From Scenedesmus sp. PABB004 (taxonomy: Eukaryota): DNA of 64,000 nt. Each line of letters begins with the position of its first letter. The stretch's first letter is position 1. The translations under genes were made by a program, and so were the position numbers. Below the pieces are notes generated by a model. It was given only the letters and a program-made list of their open reading frames with translations. It did not search any database and had not been told where the DNA came from. The stretch lies in the NCBI GenBank assembly GCA_014905635.1, contig CM026548.1, positions 930,001 to 994,000 of the forward strand. Direction: 5' to 3'. This document shows positions 1-11,155 of this stretch, piece by piece.

Positions 1-37
1 GCCGCTGCTGCCGCCGCGCCGCGCCGCGCCGCGCAGG

Positions 38-1800
38 TCCACACCGCCAGGGCGTTCGCCGAGTGCATCCTGCCGACCGACAAGGTGGGGCGCAGCTTGC
101 TGGCCCAGCAGCGCGCCGCCGCCACGAGCGTTCTCTCGCGCGCGGGCCACATGCTGCCGCCTCCTCTCCGCGCGCAGGTGCTCGAGGTCGAGTCGCCGGA
201 CGTGCACGTGGGCCGCTTCACGCCCGACGGCACCCACCTGGTGCGCGCTCCCGCGGCCTGCCGCCAGAGCCGCGGAGCAGCTGGTCAGGCGTGCCAGCCG
301 CGGTCGCCCGGCCGCGGTGGCCCGGCCGTTGGAGCGCCGAGCCGTGGCCGCGCCTCGCCGCGCAGGTGTGCTTCTCGCTGCAGCTACAGAGCCTCGTGCT
401 CTATGCCTACACCGGCCCCGCGCCCTGCCCGGCGCCGGCGCCCGGCGCGGCGCCCGGCTTTGCGAGCTTCTTTTGCGAGCGCGGCCGCGTGCCGCTCTGC
501 AGCGGCGGCGAGCAGCTGAGCCGCGACTTCTGCCTCGCGCTGCGGCGGGGCGCGTACCTGCTGCTCGCGTCCAGCGTGCCGAGCCGGCGCGAGGCGGGCG
601 GCGGCACCGCCGACAACGCCGCGGCGGCGGGCGTCGCGCCCACGGGCGAGCCAGGGCCGGCGCCCGCGCCGCAGCAGGCGGCGGCGGCGGCGGCGGGCGG
701 CCTGCAGCAGCAGGCTGCGCCCCGACCGCCGGTCAACCCTGGGGCAGCCAGCAGCGACTGGTGCGAGGCGACCACCTTCCACGTGGTGAGGGCTGCGTGG
801 CGCTGCCGGTCGTGCGCCCCAGCGGCCGAGGTGTCTCATGCCAGCGTGTCGCATGCCCCCCCCCCTCGCAGGTCGACGTGCAGCGCTGCATGAAGGTTGA
901 GGAGCGCCGCTTCGCGAGCGACTTTTTCGAGCTCGCCGGCAACGGCTGCGCCAGCCTGTTTGACGACATGCTCGCGCTCACCTCGGTGCGCCGCGCGCCG
1001 CGCCGCGCAGCCCGGCTGCGGCGACGCGCGGCGGCGCCTTGCTGACGCCGCCCCGCTCGGCCAACGCGTCCGCTGCAGCTCTACACGCAGACCATCCACC
1101 TGCTGCGAGTGAATGCAGACGGCAGCCTGACCGAGGCGCAGAGCATCGGGCGCTTGACCCAGGCCGACGACCAGCTGCCCATCCAGCTGGCCGCCGAGGC
1201 GGAGGAGCGGTGGCAGCTGGCGCAGGCGCGCGCGCGCATGCGGGCGCACGCTGACAAGATGGCGGCAGTGGGGCAGCAGGTGCTGCAGAACCTGCCGCAG
1301 CTCGCGCAGGCGCAGCAGGCGCAGCAGGCGCAGCAGGCGCAGCAGGCGCAGCAAGCGCAGCAGGCGCAGCAGAGGCCGCCGCCTCCCGCAGCCAGTCGGC
1401 AGCAGCCGCCGCCCCAGGAGCCGGCGCCAGCGCTGCAGGAGCAGCCAGGGCAGCCGGAGCAGCCAGGGCAGCCGGAGCAGCAGCCGGCAGTCGCTCAAGC
1501 GGCGGCGCCGCAGCAGGCGTCGGCGCCACCCGCCAACTCGCTGTGGGCCCAGGTCACGGCGGCCGCGATGGGCGCGGCCGCCGGCGGCCTGGGCAGCGCA
1601 GCGACGGGCCTGGCCCCCGCTGCAGACGCTGCGGCCGCGGCGGCCAGGGCCACCGCCAGGACCCGGGGCAGGGGCGACAGTGCGTCGGACGAGTCTGATG
1701 ACGAGATGGAGCGGCGAGAGCGGCGGCGGCGCGTGCCGGCCGGCCGGCGCCAGCAGGAGCAGCAGGAGCAGCAGGAGCAGGAGCAGCTGCAGCAGCAGTT

Positions 1801-1845
<45 letters not shown>

Positions 1846-3112
1846 GCCGACGGACCTGCAGCAGCGCACGCCGCCGCCTGGCGCGGGGGTGGCGCTGCCG
1901 ATAGGCAGCGCGATTGCAGCTGAGGCCGCCGCCGCCGCGGCCGCGGCCGCGGCGGTGCTCGACCCCGGCGGGCAGCTCATTCAGGGGCTGCGCCAGCGCC
2001 TGCTGGCCTACCTGCACCGCCGCGCGCTCACTCGCGAGCCCTGCGACGTCGCGCCGAGCCTCTGGGACTTCCAGGCCAACTTTGCCGCGCTGGCGAGCCT
2101 CGTCGTGTTCCGCGCGCGCCTGCTGGACGGGCGGCGGCTGCTGCTGAAGCTCGGCGCGCCCACGGGCGGCCCCGCCGCAGCGGCGGAGCTCAACCCGCAG
2201 CGCGCGCACTTTTTCGCGGTGTATGACGCGCACGCCACGCGCTTCACCGGCTTTTGGCGCGCCGCCGACGCTGCGCTGCTCGGCAGGGTGCTGGCCGAGC
2301 CGGCGCGCCTGCTCGCGCCAGGGGCCGACCCCAGCCCCTGGGAGCGCTGCGCGGCGGGCGCCCTGTACCCGCGTGGCTGCGTCGTCGGCCTCGGCGCGGC
2401 GGCCGCGGACCAGCAGCCGGGCGAGCAGCAGCCAGGCGGCGGCGCTGCCGCGCCAGCCGAGGCCAGCCCCTCGCCGCGCGCGGGTGATGAGCCCGGCCTC
2501 GCATTCGGCAGCGGCGCGCAGGGCAAGGCGGCCAGGGAGCGGCTCAAGCTGCTGCGCCAGGTCGTGCTGCTGGTGCTGCCGGGCCTGCAGGTGCGCGGCG
2601 CCGCCCGGCGCCGCCGGCGGTGCGACTCGCGCCGCTCGGCGTCACCGGCGCCGCCGCTCATGGCCGCGCGCCCGCGCTGCGCGCAGAACCTGAGCGCCAA
2701 CCCCTACCTCGACCCGCACCTGTACGCCTACAGCAAGCAGGTCTCGCCCATCACGGGCCTGCGCAACAGCCCCACCCACCCGCTCACCTTCCACCTTGCG
2801 CGGCGCTACCCGGGGCTCGCAGAGCCGCCCGGAAGCGGCGGCGGCAACGGCGGCGGCGGCAGCGGCTCGGGCGAGCAGCAGCAGGCACAGCAGCCGCAGC
2901 GGCGGCGGGGGCAGCAGCAGCAGCGGCGGCAGGCGCAGGCGCAGCGTGCGCTGCTGTCGCTGGAGCCGGCGCGGCCGCCGAGCGTGGCGTGGGGCGGCGA
3001 GGAGGTGCCGCGCCGCCAGCTGCACCTCTTCCACCCGGCCGACCCCTTTGTGCTCACGGTGGTGCAGACCATCGCGCAGCCCGCGGTGGTGAGCTTTGCG
3101 TTCCGCGGCTGA
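38..3112 (+). CDS. DET1: De-etiolated 1 (DET1) homolog, multi-exon, 5' end outside window
   Basis: Spliced N-part ARAFAECILPTDK|VLEVESPDVHVGRFTPDGTHL|VCFS resembles the DET1 N-terminus. C-part NLSANPYLDPHLYAYS and LFHPADPFVLTVVQT match the DET1 SPYLD and FHP-x-xPF motifs. Stop TGA at 3110-3112. Confidence 0.85.
1751..1843 (+). repeat. CAG-rich/poly-Gln coding microsatellite in DET1
   Basis: Visible (CAGGAGCAG)n then (CAG)n tract. A GCGCAGCAG (AQQ) array lies at about 1304-1370. Confidence 0.9.
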
Positions 3113-3453
3113 GCGCTGCCGAGGGGCACAGGCAGCCTCAGCCAGGCTGACCGCGAGACCAGCCTGGCGGTGGCGCGTTGGCTGGTGGCGTGGCTGCCGC
3201 GGGCGCCTTGGCCCGGCCGGCGAGTGACGTGGCTCATGAACGTGTCCCGACCTGACTCATGAATGTGTGCCCACAGCGAGGCGGCGAGTGGACACTAACA
3301 GAACTGGCCGGGCTGATGCTTTTACCAGCGACCGCCGCGACCCGCGCGCTGCCCAGACCGGGTCCGCCAGCGTCCCCGCCAGCCACACGTATCGATGGGC
3401 AGGTGACCGCCGGCGCGCCGCGCCAGGACGGTGCTGCAAGCGAGAACGCCGCA

Positions 3454-6400
3454 ATGGAGGCCCGCCCCGCGCCGCCGGGCCGGGGCGCCGCTGATGGAGC
3501 GCAAGGCACTCCTCTCGTCTGCATGGTGCGCGCGCGGCAGCGGGCAACCCGCGCGCGGGACGGCACGCCATCGCTCCCGGTCGCGAGCGGCCGCCGCGCG
3601 CCACCGAGCCCACGACGCCTGCACGACGCCGCGCTCACGGCTTCGGCTTGGGCCCCGCCACGTCCTGCTCGCCGGCGGACGGCTGGCGTGGCGCGGCTGT
3701 GGCACTCACCGGTGCCGCCGCTGCCGCCGCGGTCTGCTGTCCGCAGGTGCCGGGCTGCGACGCCGACCTGAGCGAGGGCAGCCACTACCTGCGGCGTCAC
3801 CGTGTGTGCCACACGCACCTCAAGGCGCCCGCGGTGGCCATCAACGGCGTCGACTGCCGCTTCTGCCAGCAGTGCGGGCGCTTCCAGCCGCTCGACGAGT
3901 TCAAGGGCGAGCGCAAGTCCTGCGAGGCCGCGCTCGCCGCGCACAACGCGCGGCGGCGCGTCAAGCGCGACAGCAGCGTCGGCTGCTTCGACGACCGCGT
4001 GCGCGCGGCCAAGCGCAGCCACCACCTCTACGCCGCCGGCGGCGGCGCGCCGCGCAGCACGTCCGCCGACGGCGCGGGCACAGCGGCGGGCGCGGCGGCG
4101 GGCCGGCGCGCCGCGGCGCGCCGGCACGCCTCGCAGCGCAGCGCGTCCGCGGCGGCGGCGGCGGCGGCCGCCGCCGCGCACGCGGCCGCCGAGCTGCCGG
4201 CCGCCGCCGGCAGCGGCAGCGACGGCACGCGCAGCAACTCGCGCGAGCCGCACGAGAGCGGCAGCTTCAGCAGCCGCTCGCCGGAGCAGCACAGCTCCGG
4301 CTCGGGCGAGGCCGGCGGCCGCGCGCTGTACGCGGGGCAGGCGCGCGACGCGGCGGCGAGCATGCAGCAGCAGCTGCGCCTGCACTCCCTGAGCGGCAGC
4401 GGCGGCGCCGGCGCCGCGCACGGCAGCGGCGCGTCGCCGCCCGAGGAGGCCTGGGGCACGGTGGGCGCGGAGCTGCAGGGCGCCATCAACGCTGTTACGG
4501 ACTGGTACAACAGCGAGGAGGCGGTCGCGGCGGGCATGCTGCCCGCCAAGCCGGCGGGGCCCGGCAGCGGGAGCGGCAACGCGAGCAGCAGCGGGGAGAT
4601 GCTCACCGTTCTCCCGCCGCAGCAGCTGCTGCAGCAGGACCTGGCGGCGCTCTACGCGGCACGCCCGCTGGTGCAGCAGGCGGCCCCGCGGCAGCCGCAC
4701 GGGGCGCAGCGCGTCGCCCCGGGCGGGGGCGCGGGCGCGTCGCCGCCATCGCTGGCCTGGACCGGCTTGGCCGCTGGTGCTCCCGGCGCAGGGGCCGGCA
4801 GCGCCCAGTGGCAGGTGCAGCAGCTGAGGGAGCTCCTGGCGGCGGAGGAGCTCGCCGCGCCGCGCGGCGGCGCGGCCGCACGCGCGCCGGCGCCGCCCGC
4901 CGCGCCGCTGGCGACGGGCGCCGTCGCGCCCGCCGGCGGCGTGGCGGCCGCGGCGGGCGCGGCGGCCGGCCCCGACGCCGATTCGATCCTGGACCAGACG
5001 CTGGACCTGCTGCTCGCTGCGTACCCCGGCTGGCAGGTCATGGACACGCCCGCGGCGTCGGCGCAGGTCAGCCCCGCCGGCTCGGGCATGACCGCCCCGG
5101 CCGCGGGCTCGCCCCAGCGCAGCGGCGCGGCGTGCCTGTCCGCGGCGCACTCGCTCAGCTCGGGCGCGACGGCGGCAGCGGGCTGCCCCGGCGCGAGCGT
5201 GGGCAGCCAGCCGGGCAGCGGGCTCGGCGCCGGCGGCGCGTGCCTGCCGGTCGGCAGCGGGCCGCATGCGGCGGCGCTGGCGCCGTGGCAGCAGCAGCAG
5301 CAGCAGCTGTCGCCGCCGCGTCACGCCTCGTCACAGCTCGCGCAGCCGCAGCTCGCGCGGCACCCGGCGCCGCTGCAGGCGCCGCTGGGCTTCTGCCAGC
5401 AGCAGCTGCAGCACGATCTGCAGCAGCTGCAGCAGCAGCACCTGGACCTGGCGGCGATGCAGGTGTCCCAGGGCATGGTCGCGATGATGCAGCAGCAGCA
5501 CCTGGACCTGGCGGCGATGCAGGTGTCCCAGGGCATGGTCGCGATGATGCAGCAGCAGCACCTGGACCTGGCGACCATGCACGTTTCCCAGGGCATGGCT
5601 GCGCCGGCGCAGCAGCCGGGTGCGCCGTTTGTGCCGCACGGCCTCTCGGCGCCGCTCGCGGCGCCCGGCGGCGCGGCGCAGCACGCGTTTGGCGCGCACC
5701 CGCCGGTGCCGCTACAGCTGGCGAACCAGCCCCGCTTCGTGCCCGGGCCGGCGGCGCCGGCGGCGACCGCGGCGGTGGCGCAGCCACAGCAGCAGGTGCT
5801 CGCCTCTTTCACGCAGCAGCTGGTCCGCATGAGCGTCAAGCTGCACGGCGTCACGCCGGAGCAGCTGCCGCCGCACACGCTCACGGCGCTGCACCGCGTC
5901 GTGGCCACGAGTGCGGCGGAGCTTGAGATCCTGCTTCTCTCGCCGGCCATCCGCTCCGGGTGCGTGCAGCTCGAGCTCGACGTGCTCGTCAAGTGCCCCG
6001 AGCTCGCCGGCGCAGGGCTGGAGGAGCCCAGCGTCAGGGGCGCTGGCAGTGGCGGCGGCAGCGGCAGCGGCAGCGGCAGCGAGCTCGGTGACGAGCCGAG
6101 CGGCGAGCCGAGCGGCGAGCCGAGCGACGCGAGCAGCGACGTGAGCAGCGAGGCGGGCAGCAGGGACCTGGGCGAGCACGACGTGGCGACGGAGGAGGAG
6201 GAGGCAGACGAGCACGCGGGCACCGAGAGCGCCGCGCAGCTGCGCGCGGAGGCGCTGCTGCGGCTGCGGGTGCCGGTCCGGCTGCTCGTGGACGCGCTGC
6301 TGGCGCCGCCGCCGCCGGGCGGCCCCGCCGGCGACGCCGGCCTGGGCGGGCGGCTGACGGCTGTGTACGCTCAGGTCGGCAACGCGCTGGGCACGTGGCG

Positions 6401-8030
6401 GCGCGGCGGCGCGCTGCGCGAGTGGACCCGCGAGCTCGGCGACCTGGCAGAGGCGCCCGACGACGGCCCCGCCGCGAGCGAGGGCGCGCTGGCGGCGGCG
6501 GGCGTGCAGCTCTGCGACGCGTCCAGCCAGCTGTCGGACGACTCCTCCGCCTCAACGGGCCGGCACGGCGGCGGCGTGGAGCGGCCCGCGCTGGTCTGCG
6601 TTGAGCCCTGGGCGGCGCCCGCGGCGGTGGTGCCGGCCGGCGGCGCGCGCGTGGTGGAGCTGCAGGTGGCCCTGGTGCAGGGCGGCGCCGGCGGCGACGC
6701 GCCGCTGGTCCGCCTGTGGGCCACGCGGCGTGGCGCGTTCTGTGCCGTTGAGTGCGCGGCGCTCCCGCGCGGCGAGGGCGCCGCGCCCGCGGAGGCCGCG
6801 GCGGCGCGCGGCCTCGCGCCGGGCGAGCGCCTGGCGCTGCGACGCCTGACCGTGTCCCTGCCGGACGGCGCGCCCGGCCTGCTGCTGCTCCAGGCGGAGC
6901 GCGGGCTCGCGCTGCGGCGCGCGCTGGCGCCGCCCGCGGGGCGCGCCGGCGGCGCGGCCGCGGCGCGCGGGCAGGAGGCCGACGGCCTCGGCCTGATGAG
7001 CAACCTGCTGCCCGTCGTGGTGTGCTCGCCAGACATGGCCGCCGAGGTCGAGGCCAAGCTGCGCGGCGCGCCGCCCACGGCGGCGCGCCAGCTGCTGCTG
7101 CACCTCGGCCTGCTCCTTGATTTTGGAGAGCTGCTCGCGGCGGCGCAGCGCGGCGGCAGTGCCGCCGCCGCTGCCGCCGGCGCGCCGGGCGGCGGGCTCG
7201 CCGGCGCGGCGCGCGCGCACGAGGCGGCGCTGCTGGCCAGCCGGCCGTACCTGTCGGCGATGCGGTGCGCGCGCCGCGGCCGCGGCCGCGCGCGCGGGGC
7301 CTCCCCGCGCCCCGACGCCCGCGCTGACGCGCCGCCGCCTGCCCGCCCGCCCGCCCGCCCGCCCGCCAGATTCATCGGCTACCGCCTGCTCGTGTTCGCG
7401 CTCGGCCAATCAATGGGCGCGACCGCCGCGCACGTGGGCAGCATCCTGCGCGCCATGCAGCCGCGCGCGAGCGCGGCGCGCGCGGCGCCCCCGCGGGCCG
7501 GCGCCGGCGCGCCCGGCGGTGGCGCCGGGGAGCTCGAGGAGTGCGGCGCCCCGCCGGCCAAGCCCGCCCACTGCGGCGCGGGCAGCAGCGGCGCGCCCGC
7601 CTCTGGCGGCGCGGGCAGCTCCAAGGCCGGCGGCGCGCCGCCGGGCGGCGCCAAGGGCGGCGGCGCCGCGGCCCGCGCGCCGTCGTCGCAGTCGCCGCTG
7701 CACATCCTGCGCGGCGCGCTTCAGGTCATGGCCATGCTGCTCGTGATGTACCTCCTGCTCGGCGTCGCGGCCGCCGCGGTCAAGGGCCGGCGCCCCGCGG
7801 CGGAGCTGCTGCGGTCGCTGAGGCAGATCCGGGCGCTGCTCGGCCTCATGCTCGCGCCGCTCGCGATGATGCTGCTCGGCCTGCTCGCCGCGGCCGCGCA
7901 GTACGGCGCCGCGCCGCGGGCGGCCGCGGCGGCGCCGGCGCGCGGCGGCGCAGCGTGCGCGGGCGCGCCCTTGCCGCCCGGCAAGGGCGGCGCGCGCACG
8001 CGCGCCGACGCGGCCGCGTGCCCGTGCTGA
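3454..8030 (+). CDS. SBP (SQUAMOSA promoter-binding) transcription factor, long CRR1/SPL1/SPL7-like architecture with C-terminal hydrophobic helices
   Basis: Exon 1 3454-3525 splices (GT 3526, AG 3746) to give CM|VPGCDADL...RHRVCHTH...RFCQQCGRF..EF...KSC...HNARRR. Downstream are SVKLHGVTPEQLP and IRSGC (IRPGC-type) motifs and two hydrophobic segments near the C-terminus. An upstream in-frame ATG at 3259 is possible. Confidence 0.9.
5428..5598 (+). repeat. 60-bp coding tandem repeat, about 2.8 copies (QQQHLDLAAMQVSQGMVAMM)
   Basis: 5431-5490 and 5491-5550 are identical; the third copy at 5551-5598 is diverged. Confidence 0.95.
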
Positions 8031-9101
8031 CCGCCCCCGCGCGCGCCGCCCAGCCCGGGTGGCTCGGTGCTCGGTGCTTTTGAGTTTCCAACGTGCGAGG
8101 GGGGGGAGGGACTGGGGTGGTTTTGGGCTGCCTGGGGCGACATCCTCTCTCTCTTCCTAAGCACATGCATGCGCAGCTGCGGCTGGGGCGGCCAGCCCAT
8201 GTGCGCGGCGCCGCCGTGGCCCCGTCCGACGACGGCCGCGGCGGCGGTGCCGCCGGGCTGCGCGGACCCGCGAGCGCGCGCCGGCCAGCTGAGCGGGGCC
8301 TGGTGCCGTTGTGGCGCTCGCAGGACTGAATTGCCACATAGCGTGGCTGCGCGCCAGGCCGCGGGGGCCTGCAGTGTCGAATGGCGGGGGCTGCGCACCG
8401 CTGCGCGCCCAGGCGCATCTGAGCTGGCAGCGGCGTCGCCGCCGCGCCCATGGTTGCGGCGTGCGCGCGTGCGCAGGGGGGCCTGTGAGAAGCGAATCGG
8501 CACGGATCGATGGTTTGTGAGGGGCCGCGCGCTGAGCCGCCGGAGCCCGCCACGCCACGCGTGGCTGTTGATCATCCGCCCGCACTGCCACCAACTAAAC
8601 ACCTGGCTTCGTATCGTACTGCGTTAGGGGTGCGTGCGGCACGGCGCGGTGCTCTGGTGCCGCGATAGCACCAGCGCACGGCGCGCCCGCCCCTGCTTCT
8701 TTTGTCACGCCCTGTCGGCCGAAGCGCGCCAGCGCGCGTGGTGCCGGCCTGTGGCCGGGGCGGTGGGCGCGTGGGGGCTCACCAGTCGCGTCGCGCGCGG
8801 GGAGGGAAGAAAAGAGGAAATCACAGTCGGTGAGGCGCAATCAAAAACGGTAGTATGCATGCACCAGGTGAGCCGGCCCCACCACCAACGACGCACTGTC
8901 TGTAGTCGGTCGGTCCCACGGCCTCGCTGAGTGAGCTCCCTGGAGCGGTTGACCTGCAATGACCGGAGGCCCGAAGACGACCGGCACTGCTTCTGTCGGG
9001 CGTGCACACTGCTGCTGCGTGCGGGAGCACCACCACTCAGTCACACTGAGACCGACGGGAATTAACGGCTTCGGCAACAAGGCCGGAGAGGGGCCGGGCC
9101 T

Positions 9102-9106
9102 TGTAA
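9102..9106 (+). promoter_or_regulatory. Candidate chlorophyte polyadenylation signal TGTAA (SBP gene)
   Basis: TGTAA is the established chlorophyte poly(A) signal. This is the first copy I noticed downstream of the SBP stop, about 1.1 kb away. Confidence 0.3.
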
Positions 9107-9139
9107 TCCGGCGCGCGCGCGTCCACGGCGCCGGCCGGC

Positions 9140-9743
9140 CGTCGCGGCCGCGGTCACAGCTTCCCCGGCGCTGGTTGGCCTCCCACCGCCCGGTCGTGAC
9201 CGCGCCCTGCTTTGCGCAGAGCTGGCGGCGTGCCGCAGCCGCGCGTGGGCGGGAGACGGATGGTGGCGCGCGTCCGCGCGGGCTGAACGCCCTCGGCCAA
9301 TGGGCGCGCGGCGCGCCCCCGCGCTGGCGGGGGCGCTGCTGCTGGGCGTCCTGGGCGCCCTGGCCGCACCGGCGGGCGCGCCGGTGGGCGCGCCGGCGGG
9401 CGCGCCGGCGGGCGTGGCCCACGTCTCCGATGAGGCGATGAGCGTGCTCTGGGCCGCCCTGGCCGCGCCCGACGTGGCCAGCATCGTGCTGGAGCAGGAC
9501 ATCCTGTGGCAGCCGGGCACGCCGGAGCGCCTCGGCTACAGCCGGGAGCGCCCGCTGCGGCTCGCGCGCGCCGTCAACCTGACCAGCAGCCCGCCGTGGC
9601 GCCGGCTTGACTTTGCGTTCCTGGGCGACGGCCAGCTCCAGCTCGCGCCCGGCGTCATGCTGAGCATCAACGCCACCATCCTCGCGCACGCCAGGTCGCC
9701 GGCGCCGCGCGCTCGCAGCTCGCGCGCGCGCGGGCGCGCAGCT
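9140..9743 (+). repeat. Direct segmental duplication of 12094-12680 (5' flank, exon 1 and start of intron 1 of the receptor kinase)
   Basis: Near-identical sequence from cgtcgcggccgcggtcacagcttcccc to gcgcgcagct in both copies, with few substitutions and small indels. Confidence 0.97.
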
Positions 9744-9755
9744 GCAATGGGCTGA
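9300..9755 (+). pseudogene. Truncated copy of kinase exon 1: signal peptide plus N-terminal ectodomain half (151 aa if unspliced); pseudogene, secreted fragment or alternative first exon
   Basis: ATG 9300, intact frame, intact donor AG|GT at 9694/9695, stop TGA at 9753-9755 just past the homology breakpoint. Confidence 0.6.
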
Positions 9756-9842
9756 TCAGCCCATGTCATGACCGCCGCCGGCCGAGGGCGGCCCAGCGTC
9801 CGCCGAGAGCCGCGGGGCCAGCGGAACGTGGCGCGTCCAAGA

Positions 9843-9847
9843 TTACA
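9843..9847 (-). promoter_or_regulatory. Candidate TGTAA poly(A) signal for the PAN-like gene
   Basis: ttaca on + strand, about 380 nt downstream of the stop at 10228 on the minus strand. Confidence 0.4.
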
Positions 9848-10227
9848 CGCTGCGGACGCGGCCGCACTCTCTTTGTCTGTCGCCTCACCAAAACCACAAC
9901 ACCCGCGGCCCTGGACAGGGCTCATGCGTCTGCTCCTTCTGTTCTGTTACCTGCCTGCCTGCCCGTACGCCCAGGCCGCGCCCCAGTGCTGCCAACGCCG
10001 ACGCGCCGCGCCGCCGGCGGCGCGCGGCGCCGCGTGCTCCCGGTGTTTTGCTGTGCACATTCCAGAGCGGAGATCTGCCGGCTGCAATACTGAAACTCCC
10101 GTTCAGGAGGCCCACGCTGCAGTTGGACCAGCGCTGTCGTTCAGACGGGGCGCTGCAGCCCCCGACGGCCTCGGTCCTTTGTCTGCCGCACTCAGGGCCA
10201 CGGGGCCGAGGCGTGCGGCCGCGCCTC

Positions 10228-11155
10228 TCACTCGCGAACGTACGCCGTCCAGCCGCGCTTGCCCGCGACGCCCGCCCCGGCCTTGAGGTAGCCGCACTGG
10301 TTGACCGCGTCCCTGCGCGTGCGCGCCGCCGTGCGCGCCCCATGCGCGCTCGACGCCCGCCCCGCGCGCGCGCCGCCGTGCGCGCCCCGCCGCGCGCGCC
10401 CGCCCCGCCCCGCCCTGCCGCTCACCAGGTGAAGGCGACGCAGCGCCCGCGCGCCGCGCACGCGTCCTTGACATCGGTGAGCGTGCCGCAGACCATGCAG
10501 AACGCGTTCTTGTCACACGGGATCTGTGCGCGGCGCGGGCGCGGCGGGGCGCGCGCGTGGGGCGCGGGGCGCGCGGCGGCGCGCGCGCACGCCGGCCGCG
10601 CGGCGCGGCGCGGCCCGCGGCACGGCGCGGCGCGGCCCGCGGCACGGCGCGGCGGCGCGCGCGCGAGGCGTGGCGCGGCGGCGCGGTGCAGCGCGGCGGT
10701 GCGGCGCAGCGCGGCGGTGCGGCGGTGCGGTGCGGTGCGGGCGGCGGTGTGGCGGCGCGCACGTCGTTGCCTGGGATGTCCATGTCGGCCTTGGGCTTGA
10801 GCTGCACCGTCATCTGCGGCGCCAGGAGCAAGGGCGGTCCGCCGTGCGGCTCGGCGCGGCGCCGCCAGGCTGCGCGGCGCCCGGCGCGCGGCGCGCGGCC
10901 GCCCGCGCCCGCGCGCGCGCGCGCGCCCACCGAGACGGGGACGACCGCAGAGGGGGTCGTGCCGACGGACGGGTTGGAGCAGCGGCACTCGGTGCTGCCG
11001 GGCGGGCCCTGGCTGTTGCCCTGGACCAGCACGTCGTAGTTCGCGCCGCCCGCGGTGCACGTGCGCGTGCGCCGCCAGCTCACGGGCGTGCCGCCCCACG
11101 CGCACTTCGCATTGGAGTTGAAGTTGTTCTTGCAGCAATCGACTGGGCCGCCCAT
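10228..11155 (-). CDS. Small Cys-rich protein with C-terminal PAN/Apple-like domain (4 exons)
   Basis: Exons 11155-10931, 10813-10763, 10523-about 10426 and about 10312-10228 join in frame: MGGPVDCCKNN...CRCSNP...|MTVQLKPKADMDIPGND|IPCDKNAFCMVCGTLTDVKDACAARGRCVAFTW|DAVNQCGYLKAGAGVAGKRGWTAYVRE. The D-xx-GND...C...C-VAFT...YLK pattern is PAN-like. Start codon uncertain. Confidence 0.7.

Noticed and set aside
5428..5598. Possible CRISPR-like array
   Set aside because: Head-to-tail coding repeat with no unique spacers, in a eukaryotic exon, with no cas genes.
9140..9800. Helitron or Pack-type transposon capture of the kinase exon
   Set aside because: No CTRR end, terminal inverted repeats, target-site duplication or transposase could be identified. 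Kept only as an unexplained duplication.
8600..10250. GTAC cores (SBP/CuRE sites) near the SBP gene
   Set aside because: Only a few scattered 4-mers, downstream of the gene and not above chance.
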